This document shows, one piece after another, positions 32,299 through 42,199 of a stretch of 64,000 nucleotides of DNA. The stretch's first letter is position 1. Every line of letters begins with the position of its first letter. Under the pieces are notes generated by a model. It saw nothing but the letters and a program-made list of their open reading frames with translations, had not been told where the DNA came from and made no database searches. A program made the position numbers and the translations under genes. Source of the stretch: a virus; the IMG/VR virus record IMGVR_UViG_3300042516_001464, positions 3,812 through 67,811 of that record; one strand, given 5' to 3'.

Positions 32299-33486
32299 AT
32301 GGCACAATATGATCTCGCTGATGTAAACAATCAGCTCCAACAAGAAGCAGGCCGAATCGGTGAAATGATTTCGGCAAAACTTATCGCAACTGACCCTTGG
32401 AATCGTCTTGTCAAACAAGACACCTTCCCTGCCGGAATGGGCGAATCTATCCAGACCCTCATCCAAGAGCGTACAACCGTTCCTAACGCATCCTCAACTG
32501 CGTGGGAAGATGTTGGCACTAACGATGGAACTGGCAACACCTGTAACCCAACTCCTCAAGTTGTTGAGTTTGCTCGCACACTCAAGAGCTACAACCTCCA
32601 GCAGTCCGCTATCCGTTCGCCTGGTTTCTGCGTGAACGATCTCCGCACTGCATGGAAGGCTGAAGAGCAGCTTGCTGGTGAAGTCAAAGTTCTTAAAGAG
32701 AACTCTCAGTGGTTCTGGGGCAACCGTTATCGCGATGAGTTCTCTCGTCTCGCTGGCAACAAGGTTGTGACTGATGTGAATGATACTCTGGCTATGTCCA
32801 CAAGTGGATCGAATCAGGCGTTCCCTGCTTCTGCTCCAGCTTTTGCTCTCGACCAAGGTATCCTTGATCAGTTCTATCTTGACCTCTCCCGTGATGCGGC
32901 TGAAGGTAACTACGCGATTGTTGATGGCGAGCCTCAGTATGCTCTCATCTGCTCTCCTGAAACGAGCAACTACCTCAAGAAACAGAACGCTGATATCCGT
33001 CAGGATTTGCGCTTCTCTTCGCAGGTTGATGAGCTTATCAAGCCATTCGGAGCAGCATTCAGCTACAGCGGATTCGTCCACTTGGTTGATCGCCAAGCCC
33101 CTCGTTACACCTTCACTGATGGCGCGTTCGTTCGTGTGCCGTTCTTCACTACTTCCCCTGCCGGAACCGGCAACAAGGCAGTTGTGAACCCAGCATACCG
33201 CACTGCTCCGTATGAAGTGAGCTTCATCTACAACCCACATGTCTACACCTCGCGTGTTGCACAGGTCATCACAAGCCCAGGCTCTGGTCTGAAGTTTGAT
33301 CCTGTCAACTATCGTGGTGAGTTCATGTGGATCAACAACAAGGATAACGCCAACAACATCCTCGGTGTTAATGGCTACTTCTATGCCTTGTTCATGCAGG
33401 GTTCTCAGCCTAAGCGCACCGAATGGGGTTATGCTATCATGCACCTTCGTTGCAATCCTGCTACGCTGTATCAATCCTGCTCGTAA
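32299..33486 (+). CDS. Major capsid protein
   Basis: 395 aa after scaffold, strongly biased codon usage, followed by a terminator. Confidence 0.75.
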   Translation: MAQYDLADVNNQLQQEAGRIGEMISAKLIATDPWNRLVKQDTFPAGMGESIQTLIQERTTVPNASSTAWEDVGTNDGTGNTCNPTPQVVEFARTLKSYNLQQSAIRSPGFCVNDLRTAWKAEEQLAGEVKVLKENSQWFWGNRYRDEFSRLAGNKVVTDVNDTLAMSTSGSNQAFPASAPAFALDQGILDQFYLDLSRDAAEGNYAIVDGEPQYALICSPETSNYLKKQNADIRQDLRFSSQVDELIKPFGAAFSYSGFVHLVDRQAPRYTFTDGAFVRVPFFTTSPAGTGNKAVVNPAYRTAPYEVSFIYNPHVYTSRVAQVITSPGSGLKFDPVNYRGEFMWINNKDNANNILGVNGYFYALFMQGSQPKRTEWGYAIMHLRCNPATLYQSCS

Positions 33487-33499
33487 GAGCTAACCAATC

Positions 33500-33537
33500 T
33501 AATGCGGGGAGGCGAAAATCTCCCCGCATTATTTTTA
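33500..33537 (+). terminator. Rho-independent terminator
   Basis: TAATGCGGGGAG...CTCCCCGCATTA then TTTTT. Confidence 0.85.
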
Positions 33538-33558
33538 TAATTTAACAAAGGATTTACT

Positions 33559-33864
33559 ATGGAAGAAAAAGAAAAAGGTGGTCTTGCTGTAATGATTGGT
33601 ATGGGAGCAGCTTCTAATGAAGTTACATTTACCGCTCCAGAAGGAATGGATGTTTCCGAACTAAAAGAAGGCGAAGAGAAAGAAATTCTCGCCATGGTTC
33701 GTTATGATGGTGATGGAGAGTTTACATTGGTTTCAGTCGATGGATTTCCATTGGGTGAAGAGGAAGAAGAGATGCCGGAAGGATACGAAGAAGAGGGCGA
33801 AGAAGTTAAAGAAGAGGAAGAGTCCTATCCACAACGGCTTCAGTCTCGCGCAGGACTAGCTTGA
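33559..33864 (+). CDS. Highly acidic small protein
   Basis: E-rich 101-aa ORF. Confidence 0.6.
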   Translation: MEEKEKGGLAVMIGMGAASNEVTFTAPEGMDVSELKEGEEKEILAMVRYDGDGEFTLVSVDGFPLGEEEEEMPEGYEEEGEEVKEEEESYPQRLQSRAGLA

Positions 33865-33865
33865 T

Positions 33866-34804
33866 ATGGCGCAGACTCCACAATACGGTGATTCTGAACA
33901 TAACCTTCTGCTAAAGATAGCAGAGAACTTTGGTGTTGCTGCTAATTCGGGGGATTCCAAAAATAGCATTCTGTATAAGATTGCAAATACGACATATCAG
34001 AGTGCAGTAACCCCGCCATCTCCTTCATATGATCCAGATGCATTAGCATATGTTCAAGCGTCTGGAGCTACCGACATACAGAATATCAATGCGTTTGTTG
34101 TTGGGATTAAAGCGTTAGGATTGTGGAATAGCATGGTATGTTGGCCTCTTCGTTCCTCGCAGAACGCAGGAACGGGATCAACTGCATACTCGCTTGGTGG
34201 ACTTGGAAGTTACAATGGAACCCTTGTTAATGGACCGACTTGGGGTGCGGACGGGGTGACAAGCGTGGGGGGGATATCAACCCCTCACATCAGCACACTA
34301 GGACGCAATAGAACATCTTATACAAACCGCTCAATTTTAATTATAGTTAAACCAATAGGCTACAGCTTTGATGATTCGTTTTTTGGAACATCAAATTATG
34401 GGCTTAATTATTCTGGTTCTGGCGGTGGAATATATATGTATAGGATCAGACCTTCTAATGTTGTTGGATTTCAAGCTGGAGCTGTTTCAGCATTTAAATT
34501 TATAAATGCTATAACAGCAATACCTAATGGGAGTTTTGCTCTGTTTACATCAGTTGTCGATGCAGGCTTGGCAAAATCAAAAACAAACGCCGATACATTC
34601 GCGGTTAATGCCAACACGATCGCTCCTATAACAGATACCAACTCTCTTAAATTACTATCTAATGGAAGCGCCGAAACATTAAGGGGTCTTGTCGGAACAA
34701 TGGCATTTGCTATGGATTGCAATACAGCATTTTCTCAAACTCAGGCAGACTCCATACGCTCACTTTACAAATCTACCCTCGGCCAAGGACTCGGACTACC
34801 ATGA
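33866..34804 (+). CDS. Putative capsid decoration / lectin-like virion protein
   Basis: N-terminal GDxxxxLLxKIA motifs; YDPDALAY, GTLVNGPTW. Confidence 0.55.
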   Translation: MAQTPQYGDSEHNLLLKIAENFGVAANSGDSKNSILYKIANTTYQSAVTPPSPSYDPDALAYVQASGATDIQNINAFVVGIKALGLWNSMVCWPLRSSQNAGTGSTAYSLGGLGSYNGTLVNGPTWGADGVTSVGGISTPHISTLGRNRTSYTNRSILIIVKPIGYSFDDSFFGTSNYGLNYSGSGGGIYMYRIRPSNVVGFQAGAVSAFKFINAITAIPNGSFALFTSVVDAGLAKSKTNADTFAVNANTIAPITDTNSLKLLSNGSAETLRGLVGTMAFAMDCNTAFSQTQADSIRSLYKSTLGQGLGLP

Positions 34805-35028
34805 GTGAACATCCTCCAATGACACGTTACAGAGCTACAGAGCTTCACGACAATGATCTTCCATGGTTCTGTTGGGATCAAACCGCAACAGATAAGACTC
34901 GTTCCATGCAGTGGGGTGTAACGCTTGTGCCAATTCCAGACGATTTTGAGAACCCTACAGAGTGGACATGGAGTGCGATGCTTCCAGAAGGAACGCAATT
35001 GCCAGATTGGATTCAACAAATTTCTTAA
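34801..35028 (+). CDS. Small Trp-rich protein
   Basis: ATGA-coupled ORF. Confidence 0.5.
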   Translation: MSEHPPMTRYRATELHDNDLPWFCWDQTATDKTRSMQWGVTLVPIPDDFENPTEWTWSAMLPEGTQLPDWIQQIS

Positions 35029-35070
35029 CAAAATTCTTGCAAAACAAAACTAACAACTTATAAAAAATAT

Positions 35071-36762
35071 ATGGCTCAACAACCAATACATGGAGACGGA
35101 AATTTAAATCTGCTATATAAGATTGCAGATAACACCTATGATATTTCGCAAGGTGGTGGTGGCACTGGTGGTAATGGGGCGACTGGTGCAACTGGAGCTA
35201 CAGGATTAACTGGAGCTACAGGAAGCACAGGTGCAACAGGCGTTGCTGGTGGGCAAGGTTCCACAGGTGCTACCGGAATCGCTGGAGGTCAAGGTTCGAC
35301 GGGGGCAACCGGAACTGCTGGAGTTGATGGTGCTACAGGAGCTACAGGGGTAGGGGCAAGCGGTTCTACTGGAGCAACAGGTTTGCAAGGCGCAACTGGA
35401 TTGACTGGCGCAGGTGGAGCATCTGGATATTGGGGTTCCTTCTGGTCAAACCAAGACCAAAGTGCAGCTAACACAACTACGGCCTATCCAGTTACCTTTA
35501 ACAATACAGACCCAGACTCAATTGGGGTTAGCGTTGTTTCAAATAGTCAGATTACTTTTGCAAATGCTGGCGTGTATAACATTCAATTTTCCGCGCAAGC
35601 AGACAGGGTTTCCGGTTCTGGCTCGGACAGCATTGATATTTGGTTCAGGAAAAATGGAACAGATATTCCAGAAAGCAATGGTGTTATAACAGTTGCAGGT
35701 GGTGCAGCGGCGGCAAAAACAATTGCGTCTTGGAATTATATGCTGAAGCTGTCAGCGGCAGATTATGTAGAATTGGTGTGGAGAACATCAGATACTAATT
35801 TACAATTCATTCACGAGGCTTCCGCAACAAGCCCAACAAGACCAGCAATTCCAAGTGTAATAGTTACTGCTCAACAAGTAATGAACACGCAACTTGGGCC
35901 TCAAGGGGCAACTGGTGCTACTGGAGTTCCACTTTCTCCTCAAATTGACAGATTCATTGGTTCTGACACATGGACAAAACCAGTAGGCGCAAAGCAAGTT
36001 TTGTTTGAATGCGTTGCAGGTGGTGGCGGTGGTGGTGCAGGATTGAAAGTTGCCGCTGGAACTGCGGTTTCTGGTGGCGGCGGCGGCGGTAGCGGCGGAT
36101 ACTCACGCGCACTAATAAATGCCGCAGACTTGCCTGATACTGATGTATATACAGTTACAGTTGGTTCTGGCGGGTCTGGAGGTGTCGCTGGAGGAACTGC
36201 GGCTACCCCCGGCGGAATTTCAAGGGTGTCTGGTTCAACCATTGGAATATTTATCAACGCAGCAGTAGGCTCGGCTGGTGGCGTTGGCGTATCAGGAGCA
36301 AATAGCGCGGTAGGAATTGCTGGCGCACCTGCTGGTAATTCTGGTGGTGCTGGAAACATAACTGGATCAGGCGGAAATGGAACGGGGCAAAATTATGCTC
36401 CATCATCTGGCGGTGCTGGAGGCGGATGCTCAACGACAACGCCATTTCCCGGAGGGGTTGGTGGGGCGGCATGGTTTATTAGTGGCGGCGCGGGAAGTGC
36501 TGGAACGGCATCAACACTTGCTAATGGAGGAAACGGAGGAACTATAGCAACGCGGGCAATACCATCACTTGTTATGAATGGCGGTGGTGGTGGCGGCGGT
36601 GGCGCGACAACTGCAAGCGGATTTAGCGGTGGTAACGGAGGAAGCGGAACTGGCTACGGAACTAGCGGAGGAGGCGGGGGATCATGTTCTGCGGCATCTG
36701 GAACTGGTGGTAATGGAGGTAATGGCGCACCCGGTATTGTAATGATCACAACTTATTTTTAA
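35071..36762 (+). CDS. Collagen-like fibre with a Gly-rich C-terminal domain, paralog of 5577..7277
   Basis: GAT repeats, beta-rich middle domain, shared LSPQID...TWTKP...ITTYF C-terminus. Confidence 0.8.
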   Translation: MAQQPIHGDGNLNLLYKIADNTYDISQGGGGTGGNGATGATGATGLTGATGSTGATGVAGGQGSTGATGIAGGQGSTGATGTAGVDGATGATGVGASGSTGATGLQGATGLTGAGGASGYWGSFWSNQDQSAANTTTAYPVTFNNTDPDSIGVSVVSNSQITFANAGVYNIQFSAQADRVSGSGSDSIDIWFRKNGTDIPESNGVITVAGGAAAAKTIASWNYMLKLSAADYVELVWRTSDTNLQFIHEASATSPTRPAIPSVIVTAQQVMNTQLGPQGATGATGVPLSPQIDRFIGSDTWTKPVGAKQVLFECVAGGGGGGAGLKVAAGTAVSGGGGGGSGGYSRALINAADLPDTDVYTVTVGSGGSGGVAGGTAATPGGISRVSGSTIGIFINAAVGSAGGVGVSGANSAVGIAGAPAGNSGGAGNITGSGGNGTGQNYAPSSGGAGGGCSTTTPFPGGVGGAAWFISGGAGSAGTASTLANGGNGGTIATRAIPSLVMNGGGGGGGGATTASGFSGGNGGSGTGYGTSGGGGGSCSAASGTGGNGGNGAPGIVMITTYF

Positions 36763-36874
36763 TTATGGAAATTGACGACTGGCTTATTGTTAACTCTGAA
36801 ACGCATGAAATTGAAATGGGAATCCGTTGGGATGGGAAAACCAATTGGCCTTTGCCAGAAGGAACATATGCTGT
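36757..36874 (+). repeat. 118-bp exact direct repeat, copy 2
   Basis: Identical to 7272..7389. Confidence 0.9.
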
Positions 36875-36935
36875 TAAACGGAGCGAAGCAGACTATTCAA
36901 TCATAAAAGAAAAACCACAAAACGATGGATACTAA
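36765..36935 (+). CDS. 56-aa putative fibre chaperone, copy 2
   Basis: Manually translated; first 39 aa identical to the 7280 ORF. Confidence 0.7.
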   Translation: MEIDDWLIVNSETHEIEMGIRWDGKTNWPLPEGTYAVKRSEADYSIIKEKPQNDGY

Positions 36936-37104
36936 TTCATTTAACGCAGGTATGGCAGGAATTTTCGCAACTGCAACATCAGTTGGCATTTCATTACTGC
37001 CAGAAATTGAAACATGGCTGCGAATTGGTTCTCTTTGTATTGGTATTGTTGTTGGCATTGCATCTCTTGCTGTAATTATTAGAAACTGGAACAAGCCAAA
37101 ATGA
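36925..37104 (+). CDS. Small two-TM membrane protein (holin/antiholin-like)
   Basis: MDTNSF...WLRIGSLCIGIVVGIASLAVIIRNWNKPK; lysis context. Confidence 0.55.
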   Translation: MDTNSFNAGMAGIFATATSVGISLLPEIETWLRIGSLCIGIVVGIASLAVIIRNWNKPK

Positions 37105-37271
37105 AAACCATTTCACTCATCACGCTTCTATCTATGGCGCTATTGACTGGGTGCGCTGTAACATATCCAATAAAAGATGGTAGTGTTACTTTGTCATTTA
37201 CCCCTCCACCAGAACTTCTAAACAAATACGGAATCAACTACGAGTTTCCTAAACCGAAAGGCACAAAATGA
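37101..37271 (+). CDS. Small lipoprotein (spanin-like)
   Basis: MKTISLITLLSMALLTGC lipobox; Pro-rich; lysis cassette. Confidence 0.55.
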   Translation: MKTISLITLLSMALLTGCAVTYPIKDGSVTLSFTPPPELLNKYGINYEFPKPKGTK

Positions 37272-37438
37272 AAATTGTAAATCTACTGCTTGAAAAATTG
37301 AGTGAGAATTCTACCTGGAGAGGTATTATCCTAATCGCCACAGCGGTTGGCGTGCAGCTTGAGCCAGAGCTTCAAGAGTCAATCATCGTTGCTGGTCTTG
37401 GGTTGGTTGGTTTGATCAATGTTATTCGTAAAGGTTAA
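37268..37438 (+). CDS. Holin
   Basis: LSENSTWRGIILIATAVG...GLGLVGLINVIRKG, two TM segments, directly before the endolysin. Confidence 0.65.
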   Translation: MKIVNLLLEKLSENSTWRGIILIATAVGVQLEPELQESIIVAGLGLVGLINVIRKG

Positions 37439-37449
37439 TACCTTTCTTT

Positions 37450-38004
37450 ATGCCAAGCAGAATTGACATGGCTAAATTCATTCTGGACTCTGAAGCCAGA
37501 AGGGATAAGCAGGGTAATTTGAGAGTGTATGATCTACCTGCCGCTGATGGCGGGGGATCGTATGAGGTAGCCGGAATCAATGATCTCTATCATCCAGAAG
37601 CTGCAAGGAAATTAAAGAACCTTATTCAAGAAGGGAAGCATTTTGAAGCGGAAGAGTATGCCAAGGCGTATCTGTTGGACTACACGAATGTAGTTTCTAA
37701 CTGGACCCGCAACCCTGCTGTTGAAGCATTCCTTCGTGACACTGCATTTAATCGAGGTCCAAAGGGTGCGCTGCGTGTATTGCAGATCGCATTAGGTGTG
37801 CCGGACGATGGCAAGTGGGGTCCAGTTACTCAAGCGGCTATGGGGAAAGGAACTCCAGAAGAACTCTTACAGAAACTCCGCAAGGCAAGAGAGACATATG
37901 AGCTTCGTATCGCACCTCCGATTGGAGCAAGAAAACAATTTTGGGTTGGACTACAAAACAGGTGGAACAAAGCATTTTATTTTAGCAAAGAATTTATTGT
38001 TTAA
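37450..38004 (+). CDS. Endolysin (GH108-like lysozyme with peptidoglycan-binding region)
   Basis: DGGGSYEVAGI, DTAFNRG, LQIALGVPDDGKWGPVT, GLQNRW. Confidence 0.75.
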   Translation: MPSRIDMAKFILDSEARRDKQGNLRVYDLPAADGGGSYEVAGINDLYHPEAARKLKNLIQEGKHFEAEEYAKAYLLDYTNVVSNWTRNPAVEAFLRDTAFNRGPKGALRVLQIALGVPDDGKWGPVTQAAMGKGTPEELLQKLRKARETYELRIAPPIGARKQFWVGLQNRWNKAFYFSKEFIV

Positions 38005-38146
38005 CATATGAGTGAACCAAGTAAACCCAACGAAGATGTGTTGTATCTGCATAAAGAAAATCTCAAGCTAAAAGAGATATTGAGGCAGTGCTTAAAGGCA
38101 AGGCAGATTGCTCATGTGAAACAGATCATTAGGGAGGCATTAACTA

Positions 38147-39091
38147 ATGAGCGATAAAAAAGACTGGAAGACAAAGGCGCTTGAAATGATTGGCGTTGAG
38201 GGCGAGCCTCCTCGGCAACGTAAAACATTTTCCACGGAAAAGAAAACAATACAAGCGAGTGGAGATGAGAATATCCCTAAAGAAGTATTGGATAAATACA
38301 ATGAGCTTTATAGGTCTGGAGTTAAGAACATATCGCTTGAGGACTTGATTGCAGATTACTATGGAGGATCAGAAAACCTTCAAACGGAAATATCAAAAGC
38401 AAAGGAAGCAAGGGCAAATCGTAATCCCAAATCATTTGAAGATAAATCAATGGAGATGTATTACGATAAGATTTCAGAGAAGATTCCAGTTCGTTCAAGT
38501 AAAACAATGGCTTCTCATTATATTCCAGATGAGAAAAAGGCCGTTGTATCAGACCCTGAATCATACACTAAATTCCTTTCACGAATTGCGGAGAAGGGAT
38601 TAAGCGGATCAAAAAAAGACGAGGAAGAGTTTGACAAATTTCTTGAAAAAAACAGATACACCCGTGGCGACTATGCGGAAATGATGGGGAATCCATTAAG
38701 TCAATACATGGGAGCTGTTGAACATGAAGTTGGGCATCATGCGACTGGGCCAATGGAGGGAAACCTTGGTATGACATTTACTCATATATCAGATAAGGGC
38801 GAGCTTTCTAATCAGCTTGGAAGAATCCAGCGAGAAGCATATCAGTTGTATGGAGAAAGATTCACTCCAGAAACTCTTGAAGATTTTATGGTTCAACAAG
38901 AAAGTATTCCAGAAAAAGAAAGATTCAAGAACTTCTCACCAGATACAAGGCGCGGGCTTCGTGAATTGTATGATTCATACAAGGGGGAGAATCCAATGCT
39001 TAAAGAGAATCAAAGAATTTGGCCTGCTGCCAAGGCGAGGATTCCAGAATTCGTTAAAAACAAACAATCTGAAAAAACAAAATTAGTATAA
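38147..39091 (+). CDS. Hypothetical protein with an HExxH motif
   Basis: EHEVGHH plus downstream E. Confidence 0.6.
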   Translation: MSDKKDWKTKALEMIGVEGEPPRQRKTFSTEKKTIQASGDENIPKEVLDKYNELYRSGVKNISLEDLIADYYGGSENLQTEISKAKEARANRNPKSFEDKSMEMYYDKISEKIPVRSSKTMASHYIPDEKKAVVSDPESYTKFLSRIAEKGLSGSKKDEEEFDKFLEKNRYTRGDYAEMMGNPLSQYMGAVEHEVGHHATGPMEGNLGMTFTHISDKGELSNQLGRIQREAYQLYGERFTPETLEDFMVQQESIPEKERFKNFSPDTRRGLRELYDSYKGENPMLKENQRIWPAAKARIPEFVKNKQSEKTKLV

Positions 39092-39104
39092 TTCAAAAAT
39101 ATTT

Positions 39105-39132
39105 TTGACTTATTAACATTTCCTGCTAACTT
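39105..39132 (+). promoter_or_regulatory. Sigma70-like promoter (TTGACT-N16-TAACTT, TG extension)
   Basis: Ends 9 nt before ATG 39142. Confidence 0.55.
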
Positions 39133-39141
39133 ATTCACAAC

Positions 39142-39429
39142 ATGAAGAGAATCTCTGTTAAGATTGATGGAGCAAAATGGAAGGTTCTTTTCAAGAAGCC
39201 AACGCCAAATGATTACATCGGAATCGAGGAAGACGATATTGGCCTTTGCGTAGCTGAAGAGAAGAAGATATTTGTGACACCTAATCCAGATAGCGTTCTT
39301 GGAACAGCAATACATGAAGTCTTACACGCAGTCTTCCCGCAACTAAACGAAGATGCAATCATAGCTGGCGAGGAAGCGTTAATTGATTTGTTAGATAAAT
39401 TCCCTAAAGAACTTTTGAATGAGTCTTGA
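39142..39429 (+). CDS. Small zincin-like metallopeptidase
   Basis: IGLC...KIFV...TAIHEVLHA. Confidence 0.65.
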   Translation: MKRISVKIDGAKWKVLFKKPTPNDYIGIEEDDIGLCVAEEKKIFVTPNPDSVLGTAIHEVLHAVFPQLNEDAIIAGEEALIDLLDKFPKELLNES

Positions 39430-39477
39430 GAAAGGACGGGTAATCCAATCAGCTTAAAATACGAACAGTATAATTCA

Positions 39478-39678
39478 TTGGTTAAAACACAGAAGTTTCT
39501 TCGTGACCTTCTATACACGGATACTCGTCCAAAGAAAGTATCTGAACTAAAGGAAAGGGCATATCGTTGCCTTCGTCACTTCCCTCACCTAAAGGAGAAT
39601 GGTGAACCAATGTTTAGCCAGGATGACTTTCCATGTCCTAAAATTCAATTCACACAAGAATATGGCAGCAATAAATAA
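39478..39678 (+). CDS. Hypothetical protein (start uncertain)
   Basis: AYRCLRHFP; frame extends upstream without an ATG. Confidence 0.45.
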   Translation: MVKTQKFLRDLLYTDTRPKKVSELKERAYRCLRHFPHLKENGEPMFSQDDFPCPKIQFTQEYGSNK

Positions 39679-40396
39679 ACAATGGAAGAAGTGGATGGCT
39701 GTTAGCTGTTCACATGGAGATCATATTGATCCAGAAGCGAGGGATGCTGTATTGCGGTTCAAGGAGCAATTTCGCCCACATACTATAGTCCATTTGGGAG
39801 ACTTCATTGATGCGGCAGCTGCCCGTTCTGGAGCCATGAATGATCCTAACGCTTCGGATCGTGCAGCATCGGTAGCTGAAGACCTTTCAGCGGGTGTTGA
39901 TTTTTTACAGGAGCTTCGGCCAAATCATATCCTATATGGAAACCATGAGGACAGATTGTTCCGGCTTGCAAATTCGCCTAATGCATTAGCCGCTCATGCT
40001 GCAACATTAGTTATCCAAGAGATCGAGAAGACAGCAAAAAGTCTTAAAGCTGCTACATATTCCTACGATATGCAGTCTCATCCTATCATTGGCGGGGCAA
40101 AGTTTATCCACGGGTTCATGTATAATGTCGCCAGTATCAGAGATCACGCAGAGACATTTGGAACTTGCGTCATGGGACATATTCACAGAACCGGCATAGA
40201 ACAAGCCAGAACATTGAATGGGGCTACCGGATACTCCGTTGGTATGCTAATGCGTTTTAACGCCGATTATGCGAAAGCAAAGAGGCAAACTCTGGCATGG
40301 ACACAAGGGTTTGGTTACGGATTTTACACTGACACACAAATAACAATAAACTTATGCGAAAGAAAACGGGGAGTTCCGTGGATGTTGCCGCTATAA
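39662..40396 (+). CDS. Calcineurin-like metallophosphoesterase
   Basis: SCSHG, HLGDFID, GNHE, FIHG, GHIH motifs. Confidence 0.85.
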   Translation: MAAINKQWKKWMAVSCSHGDHIDPEARDAVLRFKEQFRPHTIVHLGDFIDAAAARSGAMNDPNASDRAASVAEDLSAGVDFLQELRPNHILYGNHEDRLFRLANSPNALAAHAATLVIQEIEKTAKSLKAATYSYDMQSHPIIGGAKFIHGFMYNVASIRDHAETFGTCVMGHIHRTGIEQARTLNGATGYSVGMLMRFNADYAKAKRQTLAWTQGFGYGFYTDTQITINLCERKRGVPWMLPL

Positions 40397-40617
40397 ATTC
40401 AGCCTGGTCTGATTTATTTAATCAAAACAAGGCGAGAACAATTGAAGAACTACGAGAAGAAGGGTGGCTATCTATTCCAGAGATTGCATCCAGATTAAAT
40501 AAAGGGCGGTGTGCAGCCAAAGCTACAATGGATAGACTTGGTGCAGAGCATAAAAACATTTATGTTCTTATTGATGGCATTGTAAGAAAAGTTGGATTCT
40601 TTAGGTTAAAAGAATGA
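40354..40617 (+). CDS. Small HTH-like protein
   Basis: GWLSIPEIASRLNK. Confidence 0.5.
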   Translation: MRKKTGSSVDVAAINSAWSDLFNQNKARTIEELREEGWLSIPEIASRLNKGRCAAKATMDRLGAEHKNIYVLIDGIVRKVGFFRLKE

Positions 40618-40646
40618 AGGGGGAGGAGATTTCTCCCCTCCCCCAC
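40618..40646. terminator. Hairpin between convergent genes
   Basis: GGGGGAGG..CCTCCCCC stem. Confidence 0.5.
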
Positions 40647-40690
40647 CAATGAACACACAAGCTAGGCAACACAAACCCAGCAAGTTCAAG

Positions 40691-41095
40691 TTATTTTATT
40701 GTTTCCCAATAGTCAATTGGATAATTAATTTCTATTTCTGTTTTCTCGTTGTCGAATCCTTTGACTTTTTCTTGTTCGACTTGGAGCTTGATTGTCCATG
40801 GGTTGTCTTCAGGTAGGAGTTTAGCGTGTCGCAAGCCATCGAGTAGATTCTTTGTAGAGGCTGCTGCGTTGTCTGGATCAAGGCATCTGACCCGGAACAG
40901 AGTGAAGCGGACTTCAATGCGTCCAGTAGCGCGTCCCAAGCTAACTTCTTTTCTTTGTATTGAACTGCCCAGTGCTGGCGCATGGTCTTGTTTAGCGATG
41001 GTGTTCTGTATAGGACTGTGAGCTTTAGTTGCATTGGCTTGGATAAATGATTTAGATGCGTTTGGAAATGCGAGTAGGAGTTCTTTCTCTGTCAT
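40691..41095 (-). CDS. RusA-like Holliday junction resolvase, catalytic frame
   Basis: RCLDPDNAAASTKNLLDGLRHAKLLPEDN matches the RusA DxDN..K..D..D pattern. Confidence 0.75.
   Translation of the reverse strand: MTEKELLLAFPNASKSFIQANATKAHSPIQNTIAKQDHAPALGSSIQRKEVSLGRATGRIEVRFTLFRVRCLDPDNAAASTKNLLDGLRHAKLLPEDNPWTIKLQVEQEKVKGFDNEKTEIEINYPIDYWETIK
40732..41034 (-). CDS. Overlapping-frame ORF carrying a RusA-like N-terminal segment
   Basis: MQLKLTVLYRTPSLNKTMRQHW resembles the RusA-family N-terminal PS(L/V)N motif. Confidence 0.5.
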   Translation of the reverse strand: MQLKLTVLYRTPSLNKTMRQHWAVQYKEKKLAWDALLDALKSASLCSGSDALIQTTQQPLQRIYSMACDTLNSYLKTTHGQSSSKSNKKKSKDSTTRKQK

Positions 41096-41379
41096 AGAAT
41101 ATATCCATTTTCTTTTGCCCACTTGGGATTGTCATGCACCTCGCAATGGCATCTGCGGCATAGCGATAAGAATGTATCCTTGTTGCATAGATTCTTTCCT
41201 CGCTTCGCCATGTGATGGATGTCATCAGCGCCGAAACCGCAAATAGCACAGAATGGGTTCAATGCGAAGTGTTCCTTCTTTGCTTGCTGGTATAGCGTAA
41301 GCTCTTTTGCGTGTCGTTTAGAAACCTTATTCATAGGTTTCTTTGATGTTAGTCTACTTCTTCTTTTTAGCAGGGGCAT
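41092..41379 (-). CDS. Small HNH / Zn-finger nuclease
   Basis: CAICG..DIHH...NL...LCRRCHCEVH. Confidence 0.75.
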   Translation of the reverse strand: MPLLKRRSRLTSKKPMNKVSKRHAKELTLYQQAKKEHFALNPFCAICGFGADDIHHMAKRGKNLCNKDTFLSLCRRCHCEVHDNPKWAKENGYIL

Positions 41380-41560
41380 AGTATGACTCCATGGATGTTA
41401 ATACTTCAAGGCATTCGCTATTCGTGATTGGCGATTTAACACATTTAGGAAAGTCTTTTCCGCGCATATGCATATCACCTAACTTGTTTAACTTAAACGG
41501 AGAGACGAATACTTTCATCTCTCCATTCTCCAATCCAATAAATGGTATCAACTCATTCAT
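41354..41560 (-). CDS. Hypothetical protein
   Basis: ORF in the leftward operon. Confidence 0.5.
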   Translation of the reverse strand: MNELIPFIGLENGEMKVFVSPFKLNKLGDMHMRGKDFPKCVKSPITNSECLEVLTSMESYYAPAKKKK

Positions 41561-41819
41561 CTAATTTAGCGAGAACATTTTTAAGCCAGGCATCTTTCTT
41601 CTTAGGCTTTTTCTTTGGCTTCTTTTTGATTGGCTTCCTAACTCTCTTGAGTCTGTAGATGTCAGGTATTGTACTGCTATCTGTATAAATTTCATGTGTT
41701 ATTGTTTTATGTTTCTTTTTACAATACCTCAACCTACGAACGAAAGATATATCATCATCTGTTGTTAGCGTTCTTGAGTCTGTGACATCTGTATCCAATC
41801 CGCAAATACTACACTTCAT
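41553..41819 (-). CDS. NrdR-N-like zinc ribbon protein
   Basis: MKCSICG..TDVTDSR...VRRLRYC...TITHE. Confidence 0.7.
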   Translation of the reverse strand: MKCSICGLDTDVTDSRTLTTDDDISFVRRLRYCKKKHKTITHEIYTDSSTIPDIYRLKRVRKPIKKKPKKKPKKKDAWLKNVLAKLDE

Positions 41820-42199
41820 TTTATAAACTTCTTAGCTTCGTCCATTAGAAACATTTTTTCAACAGCTTCATCTACTCCATATGCTGGATATTCAATTTGT
41901 TTTATTAGTAACTTAATTAATTCAACTGATTTAGTTAACTTGTCATACAGATTCTCAAGTTCACCAACCATTTTGTCATGGTGCTCGGCTTCTTTCTGCG
42001 AGTCAATACGCAGGACATCGCGTTCGTTGCACAATTTATTAACCGCAAGCATATGCTCGGTGGCGAGTGCATCGTATTTCTCCATTGCCTCGTCTCGCTC
42101 CCCCTCTAATCTCTTGATTACTTTCATCGCTAAATCCCGTTGGTCTTGCAGATTTATTATATCAGAACGAAGAGAATCAATCTCAGAAATTTCACTCAT
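41816..42199 (-). CDS. Coiled-coil hypothetical protein
   Basis: ERDEA-type heptads; coupled ORF. Confidence 0.55.
   Translation of the reverse strand: MSEISEIDSLRSDIINLQDQRDLAMKVIKRLEGERDEAMEKYDALATEHMLAVNKLCNERDVLRIDSQKEAEHHDKMVGELENLYDKLTKSVELIKLLIKQIEYPAYGVDEAVEKMFLMDEAKKFIK

Noticed and set aside
32494-33474. 326-aa antisense ORF opposite the major capsid gene
   Set aside because: Shadow of the strongly biased MCP codon usage; no motifs
7272-36874. Diversity-generating retroelement (TR/VR pair)
   Set aside because: Copies are identical rather than adenine-mutated, and no reverse transcriptase is present in the window
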